The position numbers and the translations under genes are program-made. Under the pieces are notes generated by a model that was not told where the DNA came from, ran no database searches, and saw only the letters and a list, made by a program, of their open reading frames with translations. Of a DNA stretch of 64,000 nt, positions 23,890 through 37,314 are shown one piece after another (position 1 is the stretch's first letter; every line of letters starts with the position of its first letter). This DNA is from Lytechinus pictus (lineage: Eukaryota), in the NCBI RefSeq assembly GCF_037042905.1, contig NC_087246.1, forward strand, positions 62,001 through 126,000, in the 5' to 3' direction.

Positions 23890-26308
23890 CACAACAAAAA
23901 AAGTAAGTCCCCCCTAAATCAAATTGCTGTAACTTTTGAACGGAATAATTTTAAAATATGAAATTTCGTAGGTGGTTTTCTACACTCGTTAGGCAACTCC
24001 TGGAGAAAAATGAGATTCATCAATCGAGTCATGCATGCGTAATCAAAGATTTAATTAAAAATGACCATTTTTGAAAGTCACAAGAGTCGTTTTTCAGATC
24101 GTGTAAATACAAAGTTGGGCAAAGCTTGTTTTTAGGTGAATTTTATGGTGTTAATGCTGTTTTACTATCCATCATTTAGCCACTTCACACAAAATTTTGA
24201 TATCGTATGTTTATGGTTGAGTGAGCACAATGTTTTGTGACGTATCATCATAGGGGTTTATGGCAGTATCCCCTATACAACTTGTTAAAACATGTTAAAA
24301 TTTGAAAATGTTGGTCGTTCCCCCAATTACTCGGCCCCTCCCCATTTCAAAATTCTGGATCCACCACTGATTTGTCCATAAATTCAACTGATCCTGAGAA
24401 ATTGTTAGGAAAAGGATGCATTTATGCATTATAAAGAGTATTCATTCCCAGGTTTTTGAATGTGCTCGCTCAACCATGAAAATGCAAAAAGTTCGGAAAG
24501 TGTGTGGTGATAGAAATGATGGATGATAAAAACAATAGCAATTAAAGTCTTATTTGAAACCGAATTTGCCCCCATTATTCACTTATACCCTGGCTAAATT
24601 GCCATTTAGCCCCACCTATAGTACGGGGTTAAGCTTAGCCCACTTTCTTTTTACACAGCATTTTTGCAAAGTGGGCTAACCCCACCTTTAGTACGGGATT
24701 ATTTGGCCCTGCAAAAAAGCAGGGTTATCCCAGCAATTGCGGTGCTAAGAGCGATAGTACGGGGTTAAGATCGCTAGTGTAAAACGAAAGTGGGCTAAAC
24801 TTAACCCCGTACTATAGGTGGGGCTAAATGGCAATTTAGCCTCACCTATAGTACGGGGTTAAGGAAATTTTAGCGTGTGTAAAAAGGTACGAGTGAATGA
24901 GCTACCACTAGTCCGGGGTTAGCGAGTTTCGTGTGTGAAAAGCAAGGATTCCTTCTCCGGGGTTAGCAATAAAAATTTGGCATGTGTGAAAAGGAAAAAA
25001 AATAGTACGGGGTTAAGGATAGTACGGGGTTAGCGATAGTCTGGGGCTAAGAAAATCCTGTGTAAAAAGGGTATTAATTACCCCCTCAAAATGAGTCTGT
25101 GACATTGAAAATGCCTCTTTTCCCACTTTGATGCATGCTCACTCATCCATGAATAAACATATCGATTTCATTTTTGCACAGAATTCTGCCCATAGGTTGA
25201 TAAACATAACCGCCAAATGACATCGCTAAAGAAAGCCTTGAAAAAAATGTCCACCATATTGAATAAGGGGTCACTTATTCTTAAACATACATGTATGTAC
25301 CCATAGTGTACACAATGTCTATGAGAGAGGAAGTCAATATTTTAACAAAAATGAAATGAGGGTTTGTTTCATGGACGGTTTTTGTTACTTCTGCCAACAA
25401 TTTTTTCATGAAACTTCGCACATAGCTTTAGATTAACACTTTCCAAAAGGCGCGCACACTAAAATAATCATTTGATATGGCACAGAGTGGGGCCAAGGCC
25501 TTAAACTTTCTTCTCATTTGCATAATTTTCGAATATTGTGTGCTCACTGAAGCATTAGACATAGGGATTTTCATGAAAATCAAATCAAATGAACAATGCA
25601 AGGAGGTTTGTGACAAATATCCATAGTTAATAATTGCATTTTTTCCATAACCTAAAAAAAGCTAATCGCATTTCACATGTTCATTCAGGCGTGAATGTTT
25701 AATTGAACGCATTTGAATCATTGAAGCATGTTAATTGGTCATGAACTTAACAAAAAAAGTTGAGGAAAGATCATTTCAGCCGGTTACCAAAATGAAACAA
25801 TACTTGCCTATGATATTTGACATTCATATTTTTTGCTTTCATTAAATGTTCATTGATCCGTGAAACAATGAATATTGTTGAAGATACTCTTCCCAAAAAT
25901 ATTTGTCATCATATTCGATCATTTTTATCGATAGAAATGTGTAAAAAATCCAATTATAGAAAATTTTGACTTGTGTTTATTCAACCGTGAAATTTAGCAA
26001 AAACCTTGTATCGCCTATTAGAAAGTACCTTTTACAAGCCTTCTGACTATTTTTCATGATGAGAATGTGGAATTTGTTCCAATAAAGTGGAATCAAAATC
26101 ATGATATTTGGCTTGTGACTTTGGAAAAGTGACAATTTTGCCTTCTGGCGGTGCTCACTGAAGCATGACATAAAATACGTCCATGACATTTACTCAGGGG
26201 GTAGCTTATAGAATTACCTACACGCTCATGTAAAAATATATTAAAAACTCGCATTGGTTCCGAAATTATGGATGTTTGTTTAAGGGGGGACTTACTTTTT
26301 TTGTTGTA
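23890..26308 (+). mobile_element. Non-autonomous Tc1/mariner-like element inserted at a TA in a HINE A copy (~23600-26395)
   Basis: TIR cacaacaaaaaaagtaagtccccc / gggggacttacttttttgttgt with TA flanks. Truncated inverted copy at ~57150-58498. Confidence 0.8.
24585..25076. mobile_element. Nested insertion built from repeated AGTACGGGGTTA motifs
   Basis: Multiple agtacggggtta copies in both orientations. Segment is absent from the homologous copy near 57790. Confidence 0.7.
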
Positions 26309-26457
26309 TATATCATGAAACATGGACATAAGAGTAATGATATATCACTGAAAATTGTGCCCGAGTTTCTGGTCACATGATCAAGGTCAATGTTGACATC
26401 TTATAGAGCAGTTCTATGGTGTTATAAAAATGTTTCTATTTTCTGTTGTCTTTACAG

Positions 26458-26549
26458 GTATTGATGATAATGAGTTGGGTACATTGAAGGATAACATCAA
26501 TAAGATATGGCATAATTTAACTGTATTTCTCCAGCTCAGTTCATTGAAG
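26458..26549 (+). CDS. SYNRG: Synergin gamma exon (GIDDNELGTLKDNINKIWHNLTVFLQLSSLK)
   Basis: tttacag|GT ... AAG|gtaagt. Phase 1 to 0. Matches the IDKVWNNL..F segment of SYNRG. Confidence 0.92.
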
Positions 26550-27436
26550 GTAAGTGAAAATCACAGACAGATCAACCTTGACCTTCAGACACCTTAAGGC
26601 CTATGTTTTCAATGCCCTGGCCTTGATGATTTGGAGTCTTGAAATTTCAAGGCAGTTTGTATTTTGTTCTTCCAAATTTGTATGTACTAATATTGCAGCT
26701 TCTGTAAAGCTTTGGGAAAGGATCTGCATTGTTTAGAGCCTTATCATATTACATCAGAAAATTTAAACTCCCAGTTATCTTATCTTTATATTACAAAAGT
26801 GTAGCAGTTCTTGAATGTTTTTTCCCATTTTAAAATATATCATCCATAAGAGTTCAAATGTGACTTCTATTGGCCTCTCTCAAAATTTTTTTTTTTGTAT
26901 TTTTATTTAAATTTAAATAGCACTTTAAACTCTTAATATCTAGTTAACAGATTTATTAACTAGATAATAGAAAAGCTGCTGACAAAAACTGAAACATTCA
27001 GCCCATTCGTTACTTGAGAAGGAGTTTTATACGCAGATATTTTATTGGGTTTACTGTTTATTTAACCTAATTTGTTTGTTTACCTTGAAAGCCAATCACA
27101 ACTTGTTTTTTAGTGCCCATTTTATTTTTTGAACTATTATTCATCATTTTGTTCAAGCATTTTTGTGTTTTTTTACTCCAATGAGTGCATTCTGAAAAGC
27201 TTTAGTATGTCAGTTTTTAATGCTATTTTCTGATAGTACATTTTGATCTGTCACCCGATCAACTTAGATTTTTATGTAAAATCAGTGTTTATCCAATAAA
27301 ACACATTTTTATTACTTGATAGCTGAATTTTATTAGTTGAATTTATTCATTTATTAGTTGAATAGTGACAAGCACCTTTTTCTCTTTTTTTTTTGAGGGG
27401 GGGAGGGGGAGTTGCAAAAGTAAAGACAGGCTTTAA

Positions 27437-28228
27437 GGATGTTCCCCAGGTATGTTTGTGCACATCCCTATCTGCGCATATTTTACACCATACGTGTTGA
27501 CGTCACAATAAGTGAACAGGTGAGTAATCACCTACAGGTATCAGCTGATTATCTACACTCTAACTGCAGGTCTGATGTATTATTTTATGAAGCTAATAAC
27601 TGGAATTATTCCATGGGCTTTTTTAATACCTCTACAATTTAAAAATACTTAACTCTACAGTGCTGCAAAGGATAAAGAATATGACCCCGAGGTTGAATAG
27701 ATGGTAGAGTGGTTTGGAAGTTTTCCTCACATAGATGCAAAGCATTTGGCGTGTTTTTGGTGTTTTAAAAAGCACATTTGCTCTAATAAAAGTGCTGGGG
27801 AAAATGATGTAGGTTTTGAATAAAGTGCACCATTTATTGTACTTCTCAAGTTTGTGATTGACAATTCACATTTTTGAGATTGGGTTTTTGTTAGCTTTCA
27901 CACCATTTTTAAGATTTGACAGTGCTGATACACTTAAACAAATAACCATATAAATGATTCTCCATCTGAAGGATACAATTATTAACTATATCACAAAATT
28001 TGATGAAATTTTCATGGATTTTCTTTTGAGGTCTAAAATTGCCAAATTCTTTTGAATGCACAATTCTTAAGAACAACCTTTTTGGGTGAACTTTGAAGCT
28101 CTGTAACAAAAAATAGAGCACATGGATCCATGTTCATTTTTTGCTAATTTGGAATATTTAAGTGCTGAAGTATCAATGCGCGAAGTTTGGTGAAAATGAC
28201 ATGGATTTCATTTAATTGTGGAACGTCC
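27437..28228 (-). mobile_element. TTAA-flanked Kolobok-like MITE (GG...CC), internally deleted
   Basis: TTAA|ggatgttcc...ggaacgtcc|TTAA. Inverted homolog of 31717-32653. Confidence 0.85.
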
Positions 28229-28725
28229 TTAAATGATTTAATTGTTGTGCATGTTGAATGACAATGATGGACAATACTACCAGTCACTAGTAGTAGTAAT
28301 ACAAGTGTACTAGTGGTTTCACCTTACTTTATTACATACTCAATTCAGTTTATTTACATTTTCGATGAAGAACATACATAAGATTGGGCCTGGGGCCATG
28401 GACCCACATACAGTTTCATGATCAAGAAAAGGGAAGAAAAGGAAGCAAAAGTTGTGAAAAAAGGCAATGTCAAAATCTCATTGAAAATTTTTGAAAATTC
28501 AAAATTATGCTTTCAGATTTTTATTAATTTTGCTCCTTATGCCATGTCTTGCCCCCTAAAACAAAAGCCTCCTTCAAACAAAACAATATTTGTGTCAGTC
28601 AATCCCAAACCACTAATATTAGTTACACCCATATCCATGAGGTTTTCGGCCTTTAATACAGCACTGATACAGTTATATTGTATTTTCCAATGTCCGACAT
28701 TGATTGTCCAATTGTATCCACACAG

Positions 28726-28965
28726 CCCACCGAAGGTTCCTTTGTCTTCAAGTCAGCCATGCTAAGACCAGAACCTAGTAATACATCTCAGGCATGCGGA
28801 GTTTGTCTTTTGAATGTAGACTCAAGGAGTAAAGCATTTGATAGGTCAGAAGATAGCCACAAGCTCAGCTATGGAGGAAGGCAATACCATGCAACATGTG
28901 CTAACCTATGGGTTAATATGGTAGATTCTATCCTCCCTGCTCTACCACTTAACACTTTACTTTAA
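28726..28965 (+). CDS. SYNRG: Synergin gamma terminal coding exon (Cys/His-containing C-terminal domain)
   Basis: cacag|CCC. PTEGSFVFKSAMLRP...ACGVCLLNVDSRSKAF...KLSYGGRQYHATCANLWVN...LL* is the characteristic SYNRG C-terminus. Confidence 0.95.
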   Translation, partial: PTEGSFVFKSAMLRPEPSNTSQACGVCLLNVDSRSKAFDRSEDSHKLSYGGRQYHATCANLWVNMVDSILPALPLNTLL

Positions 28966-29215
28966 ACACCATGCAACATGTGCTAACCTATGGGTTAATA
29001 CATGTATGGTAGATTCTATCCTCCTTGCTCTACCACTAAACACTTTACTTTAAACACCATGCAACATGTGCTAACCTATGGGTTAACATGGTAGATTTTA
29101 TCCTTCTTGCTCTACCTTTTAACACTTTGCTATAAACACCATGGAACATGTGCTAACCTAAGGGTTAAGATGGTACGTTTATATGTCGTTTGTATCCTCC
29201 CTTCTCTACCATTTT
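28886..29215 (+). repeat. 82-bp tandem repeat x4; the first unit is the end of the SYNRG CDS including the stop
   Basis: Units start at 28886, 28968, 29056 and 29138. Confidence 0.95.
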
Positions 29216-30283
29216 ATTCTTCACTTTAGAGGGTACTCAAGGCTGAAAATAATATTATTTAAATAGAAGAATCAGATAAACATAAATCATCTAGATCGGA
29301 CAAGGAATAACAAAATTATAACATTTTAAATCTTCTCATTATTTTGGTAAAATATTTATATGTATTTCTTCATGAATATATGAGGTGCAAGCTGATGATA
29401 TATCCCTGCTTACTTTTTTGTATTTTATTATATTATATTAATTATTGATATTATTAATAGTAATTTTATGATATGAAATTATGTTTATTCAGATTTTGCT
29501 CACCAAGAATGAAAACAAATTTAATTAAATACTTATTTATTTCATTAGATATTCATTGCTGCCACTTACTTTGTTGTAAGGGAACATATTATATTCATAT
29601 GTATGAAAATATGAAATAATTATTTAATGTAATAATATTATGACTGTTTTCACAGAATATTGTTAAACTTTAACATTTCAATTTAAGATTTTAATTAAAT
29701 ATTCAGCACTTTGCTTGGTTAGTTTTACCTTTTTTACTTTTATATATATTATGTAATTATTTATAGCCCAGATTACCCCCTTTAACCTCCCCCCCCCCCC
29801 AAAAAAAAAAAAAAAAAACTAGACCATTTTGACACATAAGAAGACTGGGGGAATGGGGTTGATTCAGAGATTCATGAGGTCCATGCAGATACTCCCCTGG
29901 GAGGTTTGTGTGTATGATTGTTCAAGTCACTTAAAAAATAGACGTTGATTTCTTGTAGCTTCTATTTGATTGAGCCAATCACTTAAACAGAAAAGTGTGA
30001 AGTTTAGTTAATCCAATCTCATTTTCATTGGTAAAACCAATGATGTGAGGGGCTATTGCCTCTCTGATTAATCCAATCTCTTCATTATTCTCATGTGCTC
30101 AGTAAAGATTATTGGAGCTAGCCTGTGTAAAAAAATATAGTTCATTTTGACTGTGTGGAATTTGTGCAGTGCCCTTGTTTGATCAGTTACTTTTTGAACC
30201 TAGTTTACTTAATACAAAGCTTGAATGGAGGTTTCCTGATGTATAATGAAAAAAAGCCTCATATCTTTGTGATTGTTCTACCA

Positions 30284-30505
30284 TGGGGGTGTTTCAAAAA
30301 GATTTAAGTGACTGTGACTTAGAGTCGCACTTAAATGCCTAGTTGTGTGCAGTATAAAAGGCATAACCGCATTGGTTAGATCATGAGAAGAGGACGCGCA
30401 CTACTGCGTATTGATGAATTAGACTGCGCGTTGCATTTCAGATGCGTGTCGTCATTTAAGTGCGATTTAAGTCATACTTAAATCTTTATGAAACACCCCC
30501 CCCCC
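30284..30505. mobile_element. Palindromic MITE
   Basis: gggggtgtttcaaaaagatttaagt ... acttaaatctttatgaaacaccccc. Fragment of the same family at ~7010-7065. Confidence 0.75.
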
Positions 30506-31716
30506 CCATATCACATAAGATTTCACCCATTTGTAGAAAATGAATTGTAGTTAATGGGTGTAAAGATTTAAACAATATAATGTAATGTTAATATTACGCC
30601 AAACTGGAGTTATTTTTGTGGGACACACTTTGGATGCACTTTAGCAGAATGTTCTGGCTTGATTTTCAGAAATAAAGAATTACAGATTTGACCATTCTTT
30701 TTTGGCTGTGTAAACACGTGGGGGTACTTAGTATAAATGTGTGATATGTATGTGCCACTGTTGAGATCCCCATATTCAGCCCAAATTTCCATTCCAGAGC
30801 ATCACCATTTCAGAAAGCCATAGAAATTCCTATTTTTCCCATTCCGGATACCCTGGAATTTGTAGTTTCTTGTTCCAGTATGCGCCCATCATGAACTACT
30901 CAGCCGGTCATAACAGTGAACCCAATTGGCGCAGAGCCATATGCCGGGCTGCCTGTGCCCGCAGCTAGCGCTAGCCCGATATGAACTAGCAAGACTCGAA
31001 GGCGTATTTACACAGCTGCTACTATATATGCGACGCCTACGTTCCGGAGACCCCTTTTATTGATATGGTCAGTTCCAGAGCATTTTAACGCTAACACTCG
31101 TGATCCAAGAGCCATTCCGGAGACCCGTGCTTTAACCCTTATTAAATGGGGGGTCAATTTCGACATATTTCGTCACTGCGCCACCGCGCGAATTTTTTTG
31201 ACAGCGCCGCTTGCTGACTTTTTACTTTCAAGTCTTGTGCATTTTTTTTTTAGACCAAATTTGCGAGGCCCGGGTACGCGTTTTTTTTTTATTATGCAAC
31301 ATTTTGTAAGTGCATGTCAGACCAAAAATTGCTCAAAAACGTGATTCCGTGTACAAAGTGCATGCAAATAATGTTTTTCAACCAAAATTCATGAATGTAT
31401 GATTATTTCTACTTCTGTTGGTTTGAATGGATTTATTTTATGGTATTTATGATCACAAAAGGGTCCCCGACAAATTTCATCGGAAAAAACAAAGAAATAC
31501 AGAAGAATAAAAAAACGATAAACTCCATAGGAAATTAATTATGCTTTTGCAATTTTTTGTAGATATTTGTCTGAAATATAAAAATTGATACTTTCACCAA
31601 AAATTAGCATTCTACTAGCTATATAAATTGAGTTAAAGGCAAAAACATACACAAAAAATTCTGCGGCAATCGCGCAATCAGCGGCCGAGACCTAAAGTCT
31701 GAAAAAGCCCAGTTAA

Positions 31717-32653
31717 GGACGTTCCACAGTTAAAGTGAAATCCATGTCATTTTCACCAAACTTTGCACATAGATACTTTAGAACCTTAATATTCGAAATA
31801 TGCAAAAATTAACATAGGTCCATGTGCTTAATTTTTTGCTATAGAGCTTCAAAGTTCACCCAAATTGATGTTCTTAAAAATTGCGCATTCAAAAGAATTT
31901 GGCATTTTTAGACCACCCAAGATTACTACAATGAGTTTAAACCTCTATTACTCAGTCAAAATACATGAAAAAGTCATCAAATTTCGCAAGAGAGTTAATA
32001 ATTGTATCGTTAGAATGGAGAATCTATTTATAGTGCTATTTGTTTGCAATTTTAAGTTTAACAGCACTGCCATTTCTTAAAAATTGCATAAAAGATAACA
32101 AAATCCCAATCTAAAAAATGTGAAATTTCAGTTACAAACTACAAACGTACAATAAATGCTGCACTTTATTCAAAATCCATGTCATTTTCACCAAAATTTG
32201 CAGAGTTGTAGAAGAAGGTATACCTAAGCGTAACAAACATTAAAAAATAGGGGTTCATGTGCTTGTTTTTAAACTATCAGCATTTTTATTAGAGCAAATG
32301 TGCTTTTTAAAACACCAAAAATGCGCCGAATGCTTTGTATCTATGTGAAGAAAAAATCAAAACCACTCTACCATTTATTCAAACTCGGGGTAATATTCGT
32401 GATTCTTGGCAGCACTGCAGAGTAAAGTATTTTTTAAATTGTAGAGAATGTTTTTTTGAATGGTCCATGGAATAATTCCACTTTATAGCTTCATGAAATA
32501 ACACATCGGATCTGCAGTTAAAGTGCAGAAGATGAGAAAAATCAGCTCATACCCGCAGCTAATTAATCACCTGTTCATCCATTGTGACGTCAGCGCGCAG
32601 AGTGTAAACTATGCGCAGATCATAATGCGCACAAACATAACTGTGGAACGTCC
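31717..32653 (+). mobile_element. TTAA-flanked Kolobok-like MITE
   Basis: TTAA|ggacgttccacagtta ... taactgtggaacgtcc|TTAA. Confidence 0.88.
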
Positions 32654-33879
32654 TTAAGACCAAGATTTAGTTCCACAGCCACCAACCCCTGATTTGGGTG
32701 CGGCACATAGGTATCATGTTATAACCCGAGTAACCCTCCCCCGATGTTAACAAATCAGCTGCATAGAATTGAATGTTGATGAATTTGCAATAAGACTAGT
32801 AAATTATAATGATGAAATGTGATGTATTTTGTAATTTTAGAAATCAAAGTACTTCTGCTTAATGCTAATAGTCAAGTTTGAAATAAATGAAGAAAAAAAA
32901 CTGTTGAGTACATGTACATGCAAATAAATTGATGTGTTTACCATATTTACTTAAACATATTTTGTTGGCTATCATACTATGTAAATAAGGAAGATGTAAT
33001 ATTGAATTGCCTAAATGTTATACATGATCTGATATGTTAATGAGTATTAAGCAAAACTAAAGCTTTATATATTTGATGCATGTATATTACCTATAGATCC
33101 CAAAGTTTCTGTAAGCTATGTAGCAGTACTGTACTTATTTGCTTCAACTCATTTGAAAGTTCTATTCTTTTCCTTAATTTTATTTAGCTTGATTATTTGA
33201 GTAAAAAATTGCAGTTATGTAAATACCTAATAGCTAAATCTTTTATTGCAAGAAATTGGAAGTTACAGTACCTCAAAACTTTGGCTGAAACATTCAGTAA
33301 AATAAACCTTTGCATCCCAACAGGCCGGGGTGAACATCTGGTAATTTTTAATCTCTAGCCCTAGCAACTGACCAGCCGATGAAACAATGCACTAGTGACC
33401 CGTACAGCAGCGCGGTGTTTTGGCATTTCTACAATGCATAATACACAAACATTGCATTCATACTTTGTGCTGAAAACCGTGATGATTGAGTTTACCCATT
33501 TCATTATCGGGAAGTTTACAAATCTTTCTGAAATTTTAAGTGCTGTTTCTGACATTATTTGTGTTTCTTATACTTTGTTTTCATAGCACTAAGGTCATTG
33601 CTGTCGTCGTTAACTTAAGCAGACGTGACGTCACTCTGCCCATGCCTATACTGGAATTTGTAACAGCAAAGGATCAGGTTGTTGGTCTTATGGAAGTTTA
33701 TTTTGGCTTTTGCACAGGTCAGTGTTGGAGCCTATACTCTGAAATTAATGACTTACCTGACCCATCTCACAAAGTATTTATCCAATATCTGAATTTTGTT
33801 GAGGAAAACCTAAGACATTGATGATCAAAGTGTTCAAGAAGTTTTACATACATGAAATAGAATGTTCACCCAGAATTGT

Positions 33880-34100
33880 GAAATCGGCGTTGCCCTATAG
33901 CCTCATCTCTGCCGAGTTGCAGCATGTTTAAATCCTTAGGGCATACTGTCAATAATGGAAAAGTTCTGATCTTGGTTTAGGAATGACAAGTATTTTGAGA
34001 AAGGGTTCATGGAAACCATCTACATCAGGACTTTGCAACCTAACTTGAACCATGATTAACTATAAACTTCTCAAGAAGTGCAAGACTCTTTGACCCAATT
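33880..34100 (+). pseudogene. Degraded Penelope-like element GIY-YIG endonuclease C-terminal fragment
   Basis: Conceptual translation GHTVNNGKVLIL ... KYFEKGFMETIYIRTLQPNLNHD resembles the PLE consensus WFERGVKEAIYIR..PSLNRD. Confidence 0.65.
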
Positions 34101-35208
34101 CTTTGCTGTTTCATTACATAACTCCAGTTAGAAATCAGAATCTCCCAAACAGCCGACTTTATCTCCTATCTATAACTTAGTTAAATTAAAATTGTGAAGA
34201 TTTGTCATAAAAATGCCTTAAAGGCAAGTCCACCCAAAAATATTAATTTAATTTGAATAAAAAGAAAATCAAATAAACGTAATGATGAAAATGTCAATTT
34301 CTTTTAATTTCATGAAACAGTTATCCATTATTCTGCATATGAGGGAACCAATGATGTCACCCTCACACATTTTTAAAATAATTTTATCACAAGAAATAAA
34401 AAATATCTTAATTTTGTTATTATAACATGAAACAGAGTCTGATTCCTCTCTGAACATGTGAAAATGATGAAGTTGTAATATATTATTATTTAATGAGTTC
34501 ATTATTGATTCACTAATTTGGCATATGAATGTGTTGTGCATGTAATTTTTTGTGAAAAAATAAGCAACAATTTAAAATATAACTATTTTATTTATTTCAC
34601 ATCAAATTTCAATTGACTTTTGAGCATTAGGATGTCTGATATTTCTCTTTTTGTTCATATCACTTTTTTCATGCTAAGAACTTGATTTGTGACATACTAT
34701 TGTTTGTCATGATATATAATTATCCCTATGCAATCTGATTGTGATTAGATCCCTGTAAACACTGTCAATGCTTTGTACATAGGTATATTTTTCATGTTTT
34801 TAGGGGGGAAATAATTTATCAATATGGAAATAGATGTATATACATGTATCTCTGAAGCTTTACTTGTATAAAATATTTGCTCTACACGATTGTTTTACCT
34901 GCGAACTGGCCTTCAACAAAAAATAAAACATCCTGGTGATATTACATTTACAAGTATTTGGTTTATGACAATGACTTTGTTGATGCATTGAAGGGACAGA
35001 CCACAGCAAGAATCTTGAAATCAATTGCAAATCAAGGTCAAGTTCAAAATTATTTTGTAAGCCTTGTAATTGCAGATTTACCACTCTTCTCTGATTCGTA
35101 ACATAAATATCTAAATTTCACTTATTGTAACTTCTTGCAAATGATCATTGTAAAGTTGATTAGATTCAACAAACACTTTTTAAGAAATTTGTGGTAATTA
35201 TTGTATGG

Positions 35209-35849
35209 AAGTGAGTCCAAACTTCGCGCGTGTCCATACTTCGCGGACGGTCATTATCTAAAATACTAGCCAATATCCTTAAAATCTGACATCATCAACT
35301 TGAAAAGCGACCTAAAATTACCCTTTGGTGTAAGTTTCTTTAGGATGAGTTCAGTATTCATGAAAATATTGGCAAAAGATCGGCAAATTTGTCACGTTTA
35401 GCACCCGTTTTGAAGAAATCTGATATTCTCAACAAGCATCACGATATCACCATTTTGCAAGCAGAAATCATCAAAAACGTGAGTTAAATGTGGTACTAAC
35501 CGATTCTATAGCACTTTGCCATCAATCTGATATGAATATTTCACTTTTTGAGCTTGAGTTTTTGTTTAAATGTCCACAAAAACTTTGGTCCGCGAAGTTA
35601 GGTCACACTTTTTCTGAACGCTTTTCCAGCACAGAGCGCATTTGCCGATCGGAATAGAATTTTGAGATCGCGATACCGGCGAATCCCCTTGACCTACTTT
35701 ACATTTTCGTCCATGATTTTATAGTTTACGATCTTGCCACCAATGTGGTAACTATTTTTTAAATTGGTTTTGTATAAATTATGAATATTTTGTGAAAAAA
35801 TTTAAGCCTGATGAATATTTTTGAAAAGTACGCGAAGTTTGGACACCCC
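35209..35849. mobile_element. MITE
   Basis: Terminal inverted gtccaaacttcgcg / cgcgaagtttggac. Confidence 0.65.
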
Positions 35850-36274
35850 ATCATACATGTGGCATATCCCCTTTTGCTTTTAATAGTATAAATTGGAAAT
35901 TAAATGAAAGCTTATGTGCAATACCTTATCATTTTTGTGGATCTGTATTTATTATTGTTGTATAAGCAATGAAGCACTTATGTATGTTGGCCCTATAGCA
36001 GGGTGACCAGATTTTTGTTGTCGAAATATGGGATACTTCCATCGAGGTCATGCCAATGGTGTAATGAGCTCCCATAAATGGAGGTCAGACATTGCTTAAG
36101 GTGCAAAAAATGTAAAAAAGTAGCGAGTGAGAGAAGAGAGAAAGCAAAAATTTGGCATCTTATATTGAAAAAAATATATATATTTTGTGTTACATTTTGA
36201 CACATTACTCAGAATATGATATCATAATTTATACGCTTTTCTTTTCGTCTCATTTTAGTCCTGACATTTTTTGG

Positions 36275-36895
36275 CATGACGAAAAACTTCCATTTGAGAA
36301 CACTATACCCCAGTTTCCCTTCTCATCAATTCTCTTCTCCAAGTACGACAAACCCTAACTGCCCCAAGCAAGCAATTTAAGTATCAAAACACCTGTTTCT
36401 TGACCTCGGTCCGAAGATAACACAACAGCCCGGCATATACAGTCACAGCAGGGGGCCACACACGATGGGATGCATGCGCAGCGCTGAGCTCAGTCCCTCC
36501 AAAACATGCCGTCATTTTTATTCGCTTACTTTCCTTATTTCGAGGTCGATTTTCTTTGTTCGAAATTGAAAATGGACCAACATTGGATTACTTAATACAA
36601 TATGCCTTTGAAAACGTGATTAAATATCGCATACAATAATTTCATTCCGAAGGTCCTACTACAGGCAGAGAAGTCTTACGTAATAGCACAGCTGTTGTTT
36701 ATCTTTTCGTCCTTTGCTCAACGCTCATATACTGGCCTGTGGAGGTGAAATTGAGACAGCGGGGATTACCTGGCCAAGCGCGGTTGATAAGGGCTTGGAA
36801 ATGATTTTTGGGAGATCCAAATGAAAAATGGGGTATAACACCGCAGTTTGCAATCTGAACTGCGGTCTTTCTCCAAACGGGGGTTTGACGTAATG
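36275..36895. mobile_element. Second copy of the CAT...ATG TIR element (inverted)
   Basis: Reverse-complement match to 15899-16660 without the nested MITE. Flanked by G on both sides. Confidence 0.85.
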
Positions 36896-37009
36896 GAATC
36901 CATATCCCCAAGCCCCTACCATCTCTACATCAGTTGGTCTGAAAGTGAATTGTTCATGTCAATTAAAACTTAACCTCCCTGGCCAAACTGCTATTTCATT
37001 TTATAACTT

Positions 37010-37314
37010 ATTATAATAATAATAATAATAGGCATTTATATAGCGCCATCTATCTAGAAATAGTCTATTTTGAGGCACGATATTATTATTATTATTATTA
37101 TCATTACCCCGGCTTTAGCTCGAGCTGCCTTTCAGCGCTCATGCATACACTTTCAAGGAATTAGTCTTGCCGGGTACCCATTCAACTCACCTGGGTTGAG
37201 TGCAGCACAATGTTGATAAATTTCTTGCTGCAGGAAATTACGCCATGGCTAGGAATCGAACCCATGCATGACCTGTTTAAGTCAGAAGACTAATCCACTG
37301 GGCCACAACGCTCC
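37010..37314 (-). mobile_element. tRNA-derived SINE
   Basis: On the minus strand: A box tggcccagtgg, B box ggttcgattcc, central acccaggtgag..aatgggtacccgg, and a tail ending gcgctatataaatg(tat)n. Confidence 0.85.
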
